Assembly: GCA_963801815.1 (NCBI GenBank)
Contig: CAWDGJ010000002.1
Coordinates: 608,001 to 672,000, forward strand
DNA: 64,000 bases
Direction: 5' to 3'
Source of the DNA: an uncultured Verrucomicrobiae bacterium
GTDB lineage: Bacteria > Verrucomicrobiota > Verrucomicrobiia > Chthoniobacterales > UBA10450
Each line of letters opens with the position of its first letter. Positions within the stretch are counted from its first letter, which is position 1. The notes beneath the pieces are model-generated. The model did no database searches, was not told the origin of the DNA, and worked only from the letters and a program-made list of their open reading frames with translations. This document shows, piece by piece, positions 27,927 through 38,472 of this stretch. The position numbers were made by a program, and so were the translations under genes.

Positions 27927-28069
27927 GTAGGGGCGATTGAGCTCAATCGGTCCAAGCCGGACTGGCATTTTGGCGGTTCGGTGAATGGAGTCGACGGGAG
28001 CCGAGCGACATGGACGGGAAAGCCCGAGAGGGTGAGCGAGCGGGGGCGAGCGAATCAACCGCCCCTACC
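27926..28069. repeat. GTAG-type REP doublet containing a nested 73-bp insertion (27986-28058)
   Basis: Termini ggtaggggcg/cgcccctacc; right hairpin ggcggttc-ggt-gaaccgcc is interrupted. Confidence 0.7.
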
Positions 28070-28076
28070 AGAAAAA

Positions 28077-28106
28077 ATCTGTGTTTCATCTGTGCAAATC
28101 TGTGGC
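28077..28106 (-). repeat. Solo copy of the GxxExxY right arm
   Basis: atctgtgtttcatctgtgcaaatctgtggc; one mismatch to 26187-26216. Confidence 0.9.
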
Positions 28107-28118
28107 AAGGAAATCTCT

Positions 28119-29105
28119 ATGAAATCTCCAATTAAAGTCGCTGTCACTGGTGCCGCCGGCCAGATTGGCTACGCGCTCCTCTTTCGGATCGCTTCCGGCG
28201 AAATGTTTGGCAAGGACCAGCCAGTCGCGCTTCATCTGATCGAAATCCCCGCCGTGCTAAACGCTCTCGAAGGAGTAGTGATGGAGCTTCATGACTGCGC
28301 GTTTCCGCTGCTGGAATCAATCGTCCCGACAGCCGATCTCGACGAAGGCTTCCGCGATGTTAACTGGGCATTGCTGGTAGGTAGCGTTCCACGGAAGGCC
28401 GGTATGGAGCGCAAGGATCTTCTCGGGATCAACGGGAAGATTTTCGTCGGACAAGGCCAGGCAATCGAACGCAACGCTGGGGCCGACATCCGAATCCTCG
28501 TCGTTGGAAACCCTTGCAACACGAATTGTCTGATCGCGATGAACAACGCGAGAAAAATTCCGCGCGACCGTTGGTTCGCTATGACACGTCTGGACGAAAA
28601 CCGCAGCCGGGCCCAGCTCGCGCACAAAGCCGGAGTCGAAATTACTCGCGTCACCAATATGACGATCTGGGGAAATCATTCGTCGACGCAATATCCCGAC
28701 TTTTACAATGCGAAGATCGACAACAAGCCGGCTGACAAAGTCATCGGGGACGAGAAATGGTTGAAGGAAGCTTTCATTGCCGCGGTCCAGCAACGCGGCG
28801 CAGCGGTCATCAAGGCGCGCGGACTTTCATCGGCAGCTTCGGCCGCGAACGCCGCCATCAATACGGTCCAGTCCCTCACAAACGACACCCCGGACAACGA
28901 TTGGCACAGCGTGGCGCTCTGCTCGGATGGAAGTTATGGCGTCGAGAAGGATTTAATCTCGTCATTCCCCACCCGCGTTCGTGGCGGGAAGTTGGAGATC
29001 GTGCAAAAACTTCCGATCAACGATTTCAGTCGGGACAAGATCGACAAATCCGTCGCTGAGCTGAAGGAAGAGAAATCGCTGGTGGCCGAATTGCTGGGAA
29101 AATAA
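28119..29105 (+). CDS. mdh: Malate dehydrogenase
   Basis: [52 protein letters not shown]. Confidence 0.97.
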   Translation: MKSPIKVAVTGAAGQIGYALLFRIASGEMFGKDQPVALHLIEIPAVLNALEGVVMELHDCAFPLLESIVPTADLDEGFRDVNWALLVGSVPRKAGMERKDLLGINGKIFVGQGQAIERNAGADIRILVVGNPCNTNCLIAMNNARKIPRDRWFAMTRLDENRSRAQLAHKAGVEITRVTNMTIWGNHSSTQYPDFYNAKIDNKPADKVIGDEKWLKEAFIAAVQQRGAAVIKARGLSSAASAANAAINTVQSLTNDTPDNDWHSVALCSDGSYGVEKDLISSFPTRVRGGKLEIVQKLPINDFSRDKIDKSVAELKEEKSLVAELLGK

Positions 29106-29228
29106 TTCTGGTAGGGGCCATTGCCCTCTAGCGGGAGCGTAACCGCTCCTGCTTAAGCTTCTTCCCGAGGCAGCCGTCGCGGCTGCAGGCCATCGATTTT
29201 GCAGGCGAGACGCCTGCCGCCACAAAAA

Positions 29229-30122
29229 TCAGGCTTTTAGCTTCTCACCGGTCAATCGCTCAAACGCTTCGACGTATTTCGCCGCCGTCCGCGCGATCAC
29301 GTCCCCGGGCAACCGTGGTCCGGGCGCGGTCTTGTTCCAATCGAGCGTCTCCAGGTAATCACGCACGAACTGTTTGTCGAAGCTGGGCGGACTTTGTCCG
29401 ACAATGTATTGGTCCGCCGGCCAGTACCGCGACGAATCAGGCGTAAGCACTTCATCGATCAAAAGCAATTTTCCGTCGCTACTTCCGAATTCGAATTTGG
29501 TGTCGGCGAGAATGATTCCTTTTGTTTCGGCATGGTCGCGCCCGGCCGAATAAATTTGCAGACTCAAATCTTTCACGCGTTGGGCCGTTTCGGCACCGAG
29601 AATCTTGGCGCAGGTCGCCATGTCGATGTTTTCGTCATGGCCGGTATCAGCCTTCGTTGCCGGCGTAAAAATTGGCTCCGGCAATTTCGACCCGAGCTTC
29701 AGGCCGGCCGGAAGCTTGATTCCGCAGACGCTCTGGGACTGTTGATATTCTTTCCACCCGGAGCCGGCGAGATAGCCGCGAACAACGCACTCGACCGCCA
29801 GCGGCTTGGTTTTCTTCACAATCATCGACCGGCCTTCCAGTTGCTCGCGAAACGGCCGAAGTTGTTTTGGGAAAACGTTGAAGTCGGTCGTAATGAAGTG
29901 GTTGTCGATCTTGCCGAATTTGTTGAACCAGAAAGCGCTGAGCTGATTCAGGACTGCGCCCTTCTTCGGAATGGGGTCGGGCAGGATCACGTCAAAGGCT
30001 GAGATCCGATCGGTCGCGATAAAGAGCAGCGTGTCGCCGAGATCGAAGACTTCGCGGACTTTCCCACTCCGCAATTTTTTGATTCCCGGAAGATCGACAA
30101 TCGATTGTGCGTCGGTTTGCAT
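29229..30122 (-). CDS. purC: SAICAR synthase
   Basis: [51 protein letters not shown]. Confidence 0.97.
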   Translation of the reverse strand: MQTDAQSIVDLPGIKKLRSGKVREVFDLGDTLLFIATDRISAFDVILPDPIPKKGAVLNQLSAFWFNKFGKIDNHFITTDFNVFPKQLRPFREQLEGRSMIVKKTKPLAVECVVRGYLAGSGWKEYQQSQSVCGIKLPAGLKLGSKLPEPIFTPATKADTGHDENIDMATCAKILGAETAQRVKDLSLQIYSAGRDHAETKGIILADTKFEFGSSDGKLLLIDEVLTPDSSRYWPADQYIVGQSPPSFDKQFVRDYLETLDWNKTAPGPRLPGDVIARTAAKYVEAFERLTGEKLKA

Positions 30123-30137
30123 TTACCATTCTTTGCC

Positions 30138-31325
30138 ATGGCCGGACTAGTCGTCAAACCGCGAGCGCGAATTCTTCACGGGCACGACTGGGTGTTCTCC
30201 AGCGAAGTCCTGAAAGTTTTCGGCAACCCAGGCGACGGCGACGTGATTTCGCTCAAGGACGGGCGCGATAAACTGATCGGCAGCGCAATTTACAATTCGA
30301 AGTCGCAAATTGTCGCCCGCCGGTTTTCGCGCCAGCGGCAGGACCTCGACCTCGATTTCTTCAAACGCCGGATTGCCCAAGCGTCCGAATATCGCGACCG
30401 ACGAAAAGTCGATTCGACACTGCGACGCGTCGTTTGGAGCGAAAGCGACGGTTTGCCGGGCGTGATCATCGATCGCTACGGCGATAATTTTGTTCTCCAG
30501 ACGCTCACCCTGGCTATGGACCAGCGAAAAAAGCTGATCGAAGAAGCGATTGCCGATTTTTTCGGATTGAAAACGATCATCGAGCGAAACGACTCCCCGG
30601 TGCGCAAAGCAGAAGGACTCGACCTGCGCGCTGGCGTCCTGGAGGGTCCGGCGCCGTCGGGACCGGCTACAATCACGATTGAGACGACACAGAGGTCATC
30701 CCTCGAATTCGCTGTCGATCTCTTGCATGGGCAGAAGACCGGATTTTATCTCGACCAGGCGGCGAACTATTCGATTGTCGCGGCGTTCGCCAACGGCCGC
30801 CGAGTTTTGGATTGTTTTGCAAATCAAGGCGGGTTTGCGCTGGCCTGCGCACGTGCCGGCGCCGGCGATGTCGCCGCGGTCGAGGAGAGTTCGGACAACG
30901 TGACCGCAGGAAAGCAGAACTCGGAACGAAACGGGCTCAAAGTGCGTTGGATCGAGCAAGACGTGTTCAGTTTTCTGCGCAGCGCCGAAAAAGCCGGGGC
31001 AGAATACGACCTGATCGTTCTAGATCCACCGTCATTCACAAAAACGAAGGGCGGACTTGGTGACGCGCTCCGTGGTTATCGCGAACTCCACCTGCGGGCG
31101 TTCAAGCTTCTTTCAAAAGACGGCCTGCTCGCCACTTTCTCGTGCTCGCATCATGTGAGCGAAGCTGCGTTTGAGAAAACAATTGCGGACGCGCTGGTCG
31201 ATGCGCGCCGGTCGGCGCGCCGATTGCGCCGGTTCGAACAAGCGCTCGATCATCCGGTGCTGCCGACCATCCCCGAAACCGAATATTTCAAAGGCGTCTT
31301 GCTTGAAATGATGCCGGGACGCTGA
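30138..31325 (+). CDS. RlmI-like class I SAM-dependent rRNA methyltransferase
   Basis: PUA-like N-terminus GHDWVFS, SESDGLPG, GQKTGFYLDQ, LDPPSF, FSCS, ETEYFK. Confidence 0.9.
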   Translation: MAGLVVKPRARILHGHDWVFSSEVLKVFGNPGDGDVISLKDGRDKLIGSAIYNSKSQIVARRFSRQRQDLDLDFFKRRIAQASEYRDRRKVDSTLRRVVWSESDGLPGVIIDRYGDNFVLQTLTLAMDQRKKLIEEAIADFFGLKTIIERNDSPVRKAEGLDLRAGVLEGPAPSGPATITIETTQRSSLEFAVDLLHGQKTGFYLDQAANYSIVAAFANGRRVLDCFANQGGFALACARAGAGDVAAVEESSDNVTAGKQNSERNGLKVRWIEQDVFSFLRSAEKAGAEYDLIVLDPPSFTKTKGGLGDALRGYRELHLRAFKLLSKDGLLATFSCSHHVSEAAFEKTIADALVDARRSARRLRRFEQALDHPVLPTIPETEYFKGVLLEMMPGR

Positions 31326-31341
31326 ATGTGGTTGCTCGCTC

Positions 31342-31455
31342 AATGAAAATAGCCCAGCGCTTAGCGCTGGGTTCGTCGATGCAAATAATTCAAGTCCTGG
31401 GAAGGACGACAGAATCGTTGTTTTGTCCCCAGTCTTGAAAGGCTGGGCTATTTTC
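31342..31455. repeat. Family B element, inverted relative to 15139-15288
   Basis: aatgaaaatagcccagcgcttagcgctggg...gtcctgggaaggacgacagaat...ttgaaaggctgggctattttc. Confidence 0.8.
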
Positions 31456-31591
31456 TGAATGCATCGTCCAAACATTCTTGCTGAAAAATCTGGAATTTTG
31501 CTGGCGCGTCATTAATGTGCGCCCAGCCCCGAAGGTTTTCGGGGCGAGCGGCAAGCGCACGCGAGGTGAGCGACGATTGAAAAAGTTTGAC

Positions 31592-32212
31592 ATGCCGGAA
31601 AAAATTCGACCGATCGAACAAATGTTGGAGTTGAGTGAAGAGGAGCCGCTGTCCCCAGAACACCTGGATTCGCAGGTCCAAAAAGCCCAGGAGCAACTCC
31701 TTCAGCTCAAGCGGCAACAGGACCAGATTGAGAAGCAGAAGCGCGAGCTCGAAGAGCTGAGCCGGAAACAGGAGGAACTCGAACGCGGCCGCGCCGAGAT
31801 GTCCGACAAACTCACCCGATCGCTGGTTATTTTGGAACGCGAAGCCTACGACTCGCAAAAGCGTCTCGAGCAATTACGCGCAATGCGGGAAAGTTTTGGA
31901 CAACATTTGGAATTGATCGAAGCGATCGATCCGAAAAGCTGGAGCTCCACCGAGTTGCACAAGGAATTGAGCCGGGCGCTGAGCACGGTCGAAGGGGCAC
32001 GGGTCGAGTACACTCAGCAACGGAGTCGTCTGCCGGCGACCGAAAACAGCGATGGTGGCGATGCCTTGCCGGAAACGGAACCAGTTTTTTCCAGCGGCGG
32101 ACGTTCCATTCTGCAATGGATGAAAATCGGATTCGCCTTCAGTTTGCCGCTGATCGTTTTCGGATTCATCGCGCTGTTCCTCTTTTTCTGGATGGCGTCA
32201 ACGGGCCGGTGA
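31592..32212 (+). CDS. Coiled-coil hypothetical protein with C-terminal TM
   Basis: Long E/Q/K/R-rich heptad region and a terminal hydrophobic helix. Confidence 0.75.
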   Translation: MPEKIRPIEQMLELSEEEPLSPEHLDSQVQKAQEQLLQLKRQQDQIEKQKRELEELSRKQEELERGRAEMSDKLTRSLVILEREAYDSQKRLEQLRAMRESFGQHLELIEAIDPKSWSSTELHKELSRALSTVEGARVEYTQQRSRLPATENSDGGDALPETEPVFSSGGRSILQWMKIGFAFSLPLIVFGFIALFLFFWMASTGR

Positions 32213-32218
32213 CGCCGC

Positions 32219-32581
32219 ATGCTTCGTCGCTCGCCTAGATCGACCACGCCACTCGATCAAACCAAACAAGAATTGGCGCGCCAGGAATCTGAGCTGCGCG
32301 AACAGATGCAGAAACTCGAACGGATGATTGCCGATGCACCGCGCGTGGCCGAGGAAGTGGAAAAGCGTCAGCGCGAAGAGTTACTCATGCGCGCCAGCCA
32401 GGGCGGCAGCCGGTTAGACGTTTCGCTAACGCTACAAGATTGGCGCCACGGCGACGCCGGACCGGTAAAGCGGCGCGGATCGCTGCGTAAAGAAAGGCGT
32501 GAAGGACGAATCCTTTTTATTGTGCTGGTCATTGCGGTTTTGGTCGCCGCAATTTGGTTACTCAATCATCTTCATTTTTGA
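32219..32581 (+). CDS. Hypothetical protein, coiled-coil with C-terminal TM
   Basis: Fills the gap before gatC with short spacers. Confidence 0.7.
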   Translation: MLRRSPRSTTPLDQTKQELARQESELREQMQKLERMIADAPRVAEEVEKRQREELLMRASQGGSRLDVSLTLQDWRHGDAGPVKRRGSLRKERREGRILFIVLVIAVLVAAIWLLNHLHF

Positions 32582-32584
32582 GCC

Positions 32585-32875
32585 ATGGCCAAAACAACCG
32601 ATCTCGACGTTGCCTATATATCAAAACTCGCGCGGCTGAATCTGAGCGACGAGAAAACCAAGCTTTTTCAAAAACAATTGGCCGACGTTTTAAAATACGC
32701 CGAGAAATTGAGCGAAGTCGACGTGAGTCATGTTGAAGCGTCCGCTCACGCCGTTCCAATGTTCAACGTCTTTCGTGAAGACGAGCCGTGCGATTGGTTC
32801 ACAGCCGAAGAGGCACTGAGTAACGCGCCGGTTAAAGCAAATCAGCTCTTCGTCGTCACCAAAGTCGTCGAATGA
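32585..32875 (+). CDS. gatC: Asp/Glu-tRNA amidotransferase subunit C
   Basis: [22 protein letters not shown]; overlaps gatA. Confidence 0.93.
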   Translation: MAKTTDLDVAYISKLARLNLSDEKTKLFQKQLADVLKYAEKLSEVDVSHVEASAHAVPMFNVFREDEPCDWFTAEEALSNAPVKANQLFVVTKVVE

Positions 32876-34341
32876 GCCGGTCCGATCTGGCGTCGCTGAC
32901 AATCGCCGATTGCCAATCCTGCCTTCGGCGCAAGGAAGTTTCACCGCGCGAAGTGATCGAATCGCTTCGTGCGCGCGTTGAAGAAGTTGAACCGAAGATC
33001 GATGCCTATCTGTCGATCGATTTCGAAGCTGCGCTGAAGGAAGCTGAAAAGGTCGACATAGACCTTCCGCTCGGCGGCGTGCCGATTGCGGTCAAAGACA
33101 TCATCAATGTGAACGGTCAACCGTGCACCTGCGGCTCGCAGATCCTCGAGAACTATCGCTCGCCTTACGACGCAACCGTGATTGAGAAATTGCGCGCGGC
33201 CGGTGCGATTCCGTTGGGAAAAACCAACATGGACGAGTTTGCGATGGGTTCGTCCACCGAAAACTCGAGCTTTAAAGTCACGCACAATCCGTGGGACTTG
33301 TCGCGCGTTCCCGGCGGTTCGAGCGGCGGTTCGGCAGCTGCGGTCGCGGCGGACGCTGCCATCGCTGGACTCGGCACCGACACGGGCGGTTCGATTCGAC
33401 AACCGGCGTCGCTCAGTGGCGTTGTCGGCGTCAAGCCGAGTTACGGCCGCGTTTCGCGCTTCGGATTGACCGCGTTCGCGTCGTCGCTCGATCAAGTCGG
33501 CCCACTTACCAAAACCGTGCGCGACGCGGCGATGATCATGAACGCGATGGCCGGGCATGATCGCCACGATTCAACTTCGCTGCCCGATCCGGTTCCGGAT
33601 TACACAAAAAATCTCGGACGCGATTTGAAGGGCGTTCGATTAGGAGTTCCAAAAGAGTACCGCGTCGAAGGAATCGATCCTTCCGTAAGTTCGGCCGTCA
33701 ACGCGGCGATCAAACAACTGGAGTCGCTCGGCGCCGAAATTGTCGATGTGAGTTTGCCGCATACCGATTGCGGGATCGCAGTTTATTATTTTCTCGCGAC
33801 CGCGGAAGCGTCCGCGAACCTGGCACGTTTCGACGGCGTTCGCTACGGCCATCGCGCCAAGGACCCAAAAGATTTGCTCGATTTTTACGGCCGCACGCGC
33901 GGAGAAGGTTTTGGTGCGGAAGTGAAACGGCGAATCATCCTCGGCACCTATGTTTTAAGCTCCGGGTATTACGACGCCTATTATGTGCGCGCGCAGAAAG
34001 TCCGCGAGCTGATCCGCCAGGATTTCGTCAAGGCGTTCGAAAAGGTCGACGCGATTGTATCGCCGACCTCGCCGGTACCGGCATTCAAAATCGGTGAACG
34101 TACTGAAGATCCGCTGGCGATGTATCTGGCCGACATTTTTACGGCCACCGCAAATCTGGCGGGCATCTGCGGGATCAGCATTCCGTGCGGGTTTGCAAAA
34201 GTGAACAGCAGCCAGCTACCAATCGGCTTGCAGATTCTGGGCAAATCGCTCGACGAAGCGCGCATTTTCCAAATCGCGCACGCCTACGAGCAAAGCACCG
34301 ACTGGCACAAAGCGCGATCGCCGATCGCGAAACTCCAATAA
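32872..34341 (+). CDS. gatA: Asp/Glu-tRNA amidotransferase subunit A
   Basis: [55 protein letters not shown]. Confidence 0.97.
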   Translation: MSRSDLASLTIADCQSCLRRKEVSPREVIESLRARVEEVEPKIDAYLSIDFEAALKEAEKVDIDLPLGGVPIAVKDIINVNGQPCTCGSQILENYRSPYDATVIEKLRAAGAIPLGKTNMDEFAMGSSTENSSFKVTHNPWDLSRVPGGSSGGSAAAVAADAAIAGLGTDTGGSIRQPASLSGVVGVKPSYGRVSRFGLTAFASSLDQVGPLTKTVRDAAMIMNAMAGHDRHDSTSLPDPVPDYTKNLGRDLKGVRLGVPKEYRVEGIDPSVSSAVNAAIKQLESLGAEIVDVSLPHTDCGIAVYYFLATAEASANLARFDGVRYGHRAKDPKDLLDFYGRTRGEGFGAEVKRRIILGTYVLSSGYYDAYYVRAQKVRELIRQDFVKAFEKVDAIVSPTSPVPAFKIGERTEDPLAMYLADIFTATANLAGICGISIPCGFAKVNSSQLPIGLQILGKSLDEARIFQIAHAYEQSTDWHKARSPIAKLQ

Positions 34342-34367
34342 CCAAAGCCCAGACCCCAAATTGAGAG

Positions 34368-34440
<73 letters not shown>

Positions 34441-34487
34441 GATTGGGCGGCAAAGATTACATTCATTGCAGCTGCGGACAAGCGCGA

Positions 34488-35435
34488 CTAATCCGGCAAG
34501 ACAAACGTCTCGCCGATTTCGCGGAGGGCGATTCGGTCCGGCTGATCACGAAGCGCGACTTCAAAGCGCTCGATCGGTTCGCGAAACGGCTCGAAGCTCA
34601 GTCGGAAAGTCTGGTGATGAATCGGCATGATGAATCTGGCGCCGGCGTCGTTCGCCATCTGGATCGCCTGCTCGGGATCCGCGTGCGTTCGGATCCATGG
34701 GTTGTAGGCAGCGATCGAAAAGACTGCAAGATCGACGGGGCCGTGTTGCCGCACTTCAACAAATTGATCGGTGAACGCGGTGTCGCCGCCGAAAAGGATG
34801 CGGCGATCGTCACGTTCGATTAGATAGGCATTGTAACCGCGGTAGTCGTCATGCTGCATGCGTGCACCCCAATGTCGCACTGGCAGAGCGGTGATCTTGA
34901 TAATACCGGCCGCGGTCTCAATCGATCTGCTTTCGCTCCATTCCAATTCAGTGATGTCGCGAAGCCGCGTCCAGTTTAACAAATCGCGGGTATTTCGAGC
35001 GGTGATCACTTTTGTCGATCGGCCAAATTTCCGGAGCGTGTGGCAATCGACGTGATCGAAGTGCGCGTGCGAGAGGAGAATGATGTCGATTGTCGGAAGC
35101 TCATCGAGCGTCAGCGCAGGCGCGGTTAAACGTTTCGGGCCAATCGTGAACAGAAATGGGATTCGGATTCCAATGCGCGAAAAAAGGACGGGGTCTGTCA
35201 AAATCGTAATGCCGAAGAAATTAATCAGGACGGTTGCGTGTCCAAGCCAGGCCACGGTGATTTGCAGATCGCTCCATTTGGCGGGATTGGGTTTGGCGAA
35301 GGCCGGCTTAATCGGTTGCCAGCTCTTCAGAATTGCTTCCCGCCACAAATAAGAAGCCCAGCGGCGAACGCGTCGGTTTCGATAACTCGGCTTTACCGAT
35401 ACCTGTTTTGATTCAGTCCCGATGCGCACTCCCAT
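34488..35435 (-). CDS. MBL-fold metallo-hydrolase (NAPE-PLD/RomA-like)
   Basis: WLGHAT, TDPV, SHAHFDH, HW, GDT, PIHH.TF. Confidence 0.88.
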   Translation of the reverse strand: MGVRIGTESKQVSVKPSYRNRRVRRWASYLWREAILKSWQPIKPAFAKPNPAKWSDLQITVAWLGHATVLINFFGITILTDPVLFSRIGIRIPFLFTIGPKRLTAPALTLDELPTIDIILLSHAHFDHVDCHTLRKFGRSTKVITARNTRDLLNWTRLRDITELEWSESRSIETAAGIIKITALPVRHWGARMQHDDYRGYNAYLIERDDRRILFGGDTAFTDQFVEVRQHGPVDLAVFSIAAYNPWIRTHADPEQAIQMANDAGARFIMPIHHQTFRLSFEPFREPIERFEVALRDQPDRIALREIGETFVLPD

Positions 35436-35608
35436 TAGAAGACCAATGCTGTCATCTCCCTCTGTTCGCTACTGCGATTGCGAAAAGTCCTGTGCATAAG
35501 GCGAGGCCGCACAATTCAATCAGGCTGGTCATTTTTACGGCCGATTGTTGAACGGACTCACTCATCCCCTGTCGAAGGCAGATCGATGCAGCTGTTCTGA
35601 CTTGATAA

Positions 35609-36757
35609 ATGGCCGAACGCACGGGAAAAAATATCGGGATCGTCGGGGGCGGCATCGGGGGAATTGCGGCGGCAGTCGCTCTTCATCAAATCGGCGCAGA
35701 CGTGTCGGTTTACGAACGCGCGGTCGAGCTTCGCGAGGTCGGCGCGGGAATGATGCTTTGGCCGAATGCCACGCGGGTTTTGCGCGAACTCGGATTGCTC
35801 GAACAGGTCGTGGCGCGCAGCGGCCGCAATGCGCATTTTCTCGTTCGCAAAAGCACAGGCAAAATCTTGATGAGCATTGCGCTGGGACAATTTGAAGTCC
35901 CGGCGGTTTGCATGCGCCGCGCCGATCTCTTGTCGATTTTGTTAAGCGCGCTGCCGAAGGAATGTCTGCGCCTGGGCTGTGAGTTCGAGCGGCTGAAACA
36001 ATCGAACAGTAAAGTTCGCCTCTACTTTAAAGATGGTCAGGAGGCCGAGCATGACGCAGTTATCGGCGCTGACGGCATTCGGTCCCGGATCCGGGCGCAG
36101 CTGTTCGGGATCTCAGATCCGATTTATCGCGGATACACGGTCTGGCGCGGTCTTGCTGCATATGACGGCCATGCGACCACGCCAGGATTCAACAGCGAGT
36201 CGTGGGGCAAAGGAATGCGCTTCGGAATTCTCAATACCGGCCACCGGCGATTTACCTGGTACGCGACCGCCAATGTTACAGGGCATCATCTCGACTCAAC
36301 TTCCGACCGAAAGCGTGAGCTTCAGCAATTGTTCTCCGGCTGGCACGAGCCAGTGGCAGATTTCTTGGAAGCCACTCCCGAAAGCGAAATCTTAAAGAAT
36401 GGGGCGCGCGACTGTGCGCCGCTTAAACAATGGGGCAAGGGATTGGTAACGTTACTGGGAGATGCGGCGCATCCGTGCACGCCAAATCTCGGCCAAGGGG
36501 GCTGCATGGCGCTGGAGGACGCTCTAGTTTTGGCCAAAAGCATAAAGAACGAAACATCTCTGCGGCCGGCGCTGCGTCGCTATGAATCGCGGCGAATCAA
36601 TCGAACCAGGCACATTCAGCAGCGATCGCTTTTAATGGGGCAGATCGGTCAGTGGCAAAACCCGATCTTCGTAACCGGACGACACATCGTGACGCGCATG
36701 CTCCCAGCAAAAATATTCGAGCGCAACTTGCGCAGGGTCTACTCTTATCAAACGTGA
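35609..36757 (+). CDS. FAD-dependent monooxygenase
   Basis: GGGIGG, GADGIRS, LLGDAAH..PNLGQGGCMALED. Confidence 0.92.
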   Translation: MAERTGKNIGIVGGGIGGIAAAVALHQIGADVSVYERAVELREVGAGMMLWPNATRVLRELGLLEQVVARSGRNAHFLVRKSTGKILMSIALGQFEVPAVCMRRADLLSILLSALPKECLRLGCEFERLKQSNSKVRLYFKDGQEAEHDAVIGADGIRSRIRAQLFGISDPIYRGYTVWRGLAAYDGHATTPGFNSESWGKGMRFGILNTGHRRFTWYATANVTGHHLDSTSDRKRELQQLFSGWHEPVADFLEATPESEILKNGARDCAPLKQWGKGLVTLLGDAAHPCTPNLGQGGCMALEDALVLAKSIKNETSLRPALRRYESRRINRTRHIQQRSLLMGQIGQWQNPIFVTGRHIVTRMLPAKIFERNLRRVYSYQT

Positions 36758-36762
36758 CTACC

Positions 36763-37603
36763 ATGCGCACCGCGGTGAGCGCCTTGTTGATTTTTGGGGC
36801 TCTGATCGGAACGGCGTTTGCCGATGATTCCAATCTCAAATCGGACGAAGTGTATTCGGCGTGGCTGCAGATGTACGATTTAAAATTCGACGAAGCGCAT
36901 CGTGAGTTGGCTCGTTGGCAGGAAGCGCACCCGGATGATTCACTTGGCCCCGCTTCGGATGCCGCTGCCTATTTGTTTTCGGAATTAACGCGCTTGGGTT
37001 CTCTCGAATCCGCACTCTTTGTCGACGACAACCGTTTCAAGAATCGAAAGACCCTGAATCCGGACCCGCAAATAAAGGCTTCGTTCGACGATCGAATCGA
37101 CCAGGCGGATCGGCTTGCAGACTTAACGCTTCAGAAATCGAACACCGATGCTCGCGCTCTTTTTGCTAAGACCCTAACCCACGGACTTCGCGCCGATTAT
37201 GTCGCATTGATCGACGGACGCGGAGTGAAAGCGTTGTCGTACACAAAGGCGGGTCGTATTTACGCCGAAAGATTGCTGGCCGCAGACTCGCAAGCGTTCG
37301 ATGCCTATCTCGGGCCAGGAGTTGAGAATTACTTACTTGAGTCTAAAACCGATTGCATTGCGCGTCCTGCTTCGACTGACTGGTTCGCAAGTCGATCGGG
37401 AAGTGGGACTCGAAAAATTACAAAAGACCGCGCTGCAAGGATACTATCTGGAGCCGTTCGCGAAACTGCTGCTAGCTGTGGCCGCGTTACGCGATGGCCA
37501 CCCTGAAAAGGCGCGCGAGATCCTCGCCGAGCTGCATCAACGCTTTCCCGATAATGAACTCTACACGCTCGAGTTGAGCCGACTCGCGACCACGACGCAG
37601 TAA
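36763..37603 (+). CDS. Secreted helical (TPR-like) hypothetical protein; frameshift near 37335
   Basis: Signal peptide; continues from ..GVENYL into LSLKPIALRVLL..LHQRFPDN, ending 2 nt before the next gene. Confidence 0.7.
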
Positions 37604-37605
37604 AC

Positions 37606-38457
37606 ATGACCACCTCGCCACAATTTGATGTCGATATCGTCGAGATCCGGAAGCATTACGATCGTCTGTCGCGTTTCTATCGAATGCTGTGGGGCGAACA
37701 TCTTCATCATGGCTACTGGGAAAACGGAGAATCGATCGAACGCGCTCAGGTAAAATTAATGGAACAACTGGCCGAGAGGGCCCGAATTCCACGCGGCGCC
37801 CAAGTGCTGGATATTGGGTGCGGGCTCGGTGGCTCGGCGTTTTGGTTGGCGGATCAATACGATTGTCGCGTTACCGGGTTTACGATCAGTCCAGTTCAAG
37901 CGCGAATGGCGACCAAAAAAGCGAAAGCGAAGCACCTGGCCGATCGGGTTCAATTCGTGGTGACCGATGCAAATGCGTGGCAACCAAGGCCTGAAAGCGC
38001 AGAAGTCGTCTGGATCATGGAGAGCAGCGAACACTTTCGAGACAAGAAGAGCTTCTTCCAGCGATGCGCCATCGCATTGAAACCTGGCGGCGTCCTTGCA
38101 GTATGTGCATGGCTACGCGGAGAACAGTCCGCGTCAGACAAAGATCGGGAATTGGTCGCAACCATTGGACGGGCCATGTTCAGCGCAAGTCTGGATACGC
38201 TCAGCCATTACGCGGCCTGGATGCGTGAAGCGAACCTGACGGTTGAAACCGCAATCGATATCACGAAAAACGTAGCTCCAACTTGGGAACATTGTTTCGG
38301 AATGGCGCGGCGCTTGAAATTGAACTGGCTGGTGCATCTCGCCGACGCTCCGACGCAGCGCTTCGTCCAATCTTTTCCACTTATGACCCAGGCCTACGCC
38401 ACCGGAGCAATGGCGTTCGGCCTATTCGTTGCTAGAAAGTCGCCATCTAACGGATAA
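37606..38457 (+). CDS. Class I SAM methyltransferase (tocopherol/sterol methyltransferase-like)
   Basis: HYD, WGEHLHHGYW, VLDIGCGLGG, MESSEH, LKPGG. Confidence 0.88.
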   Translation: MTTSPQFDVDIVEIRKHYDRLSRFYRMLWGEHLHHGYWENGESIERAQVKLMEQLAERARIPRGAQVLDIGCGLGGSAFWLADQYDCRVTGFTISPVQARMATKKAKAKHLADRVQFVVTDANAWQPRPESAEVVWIMESSEHFRDKKSFFQRCAIALKPGGVLAVCAWLRGEQSASDKDRELVATIGRAMFSASLDTLSHYAAWMREANLTVETAIDITKNVAPTWEHCFGMARRLKLNWLVHLADAPTQRFVQSFPLMTQAYATGAMAFGLFVARKSPSNG

Positions 38458-38472
38458 CTATTCCAGCTGAAA

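Noticed and set aside
35452..35532. 26-aa hydrophobic ORF MTSLIELCGLALCTGLFAIAVANRGR on the minus strand
   Set aside because: Too short and without recognisable homology or ribosome-binding site.
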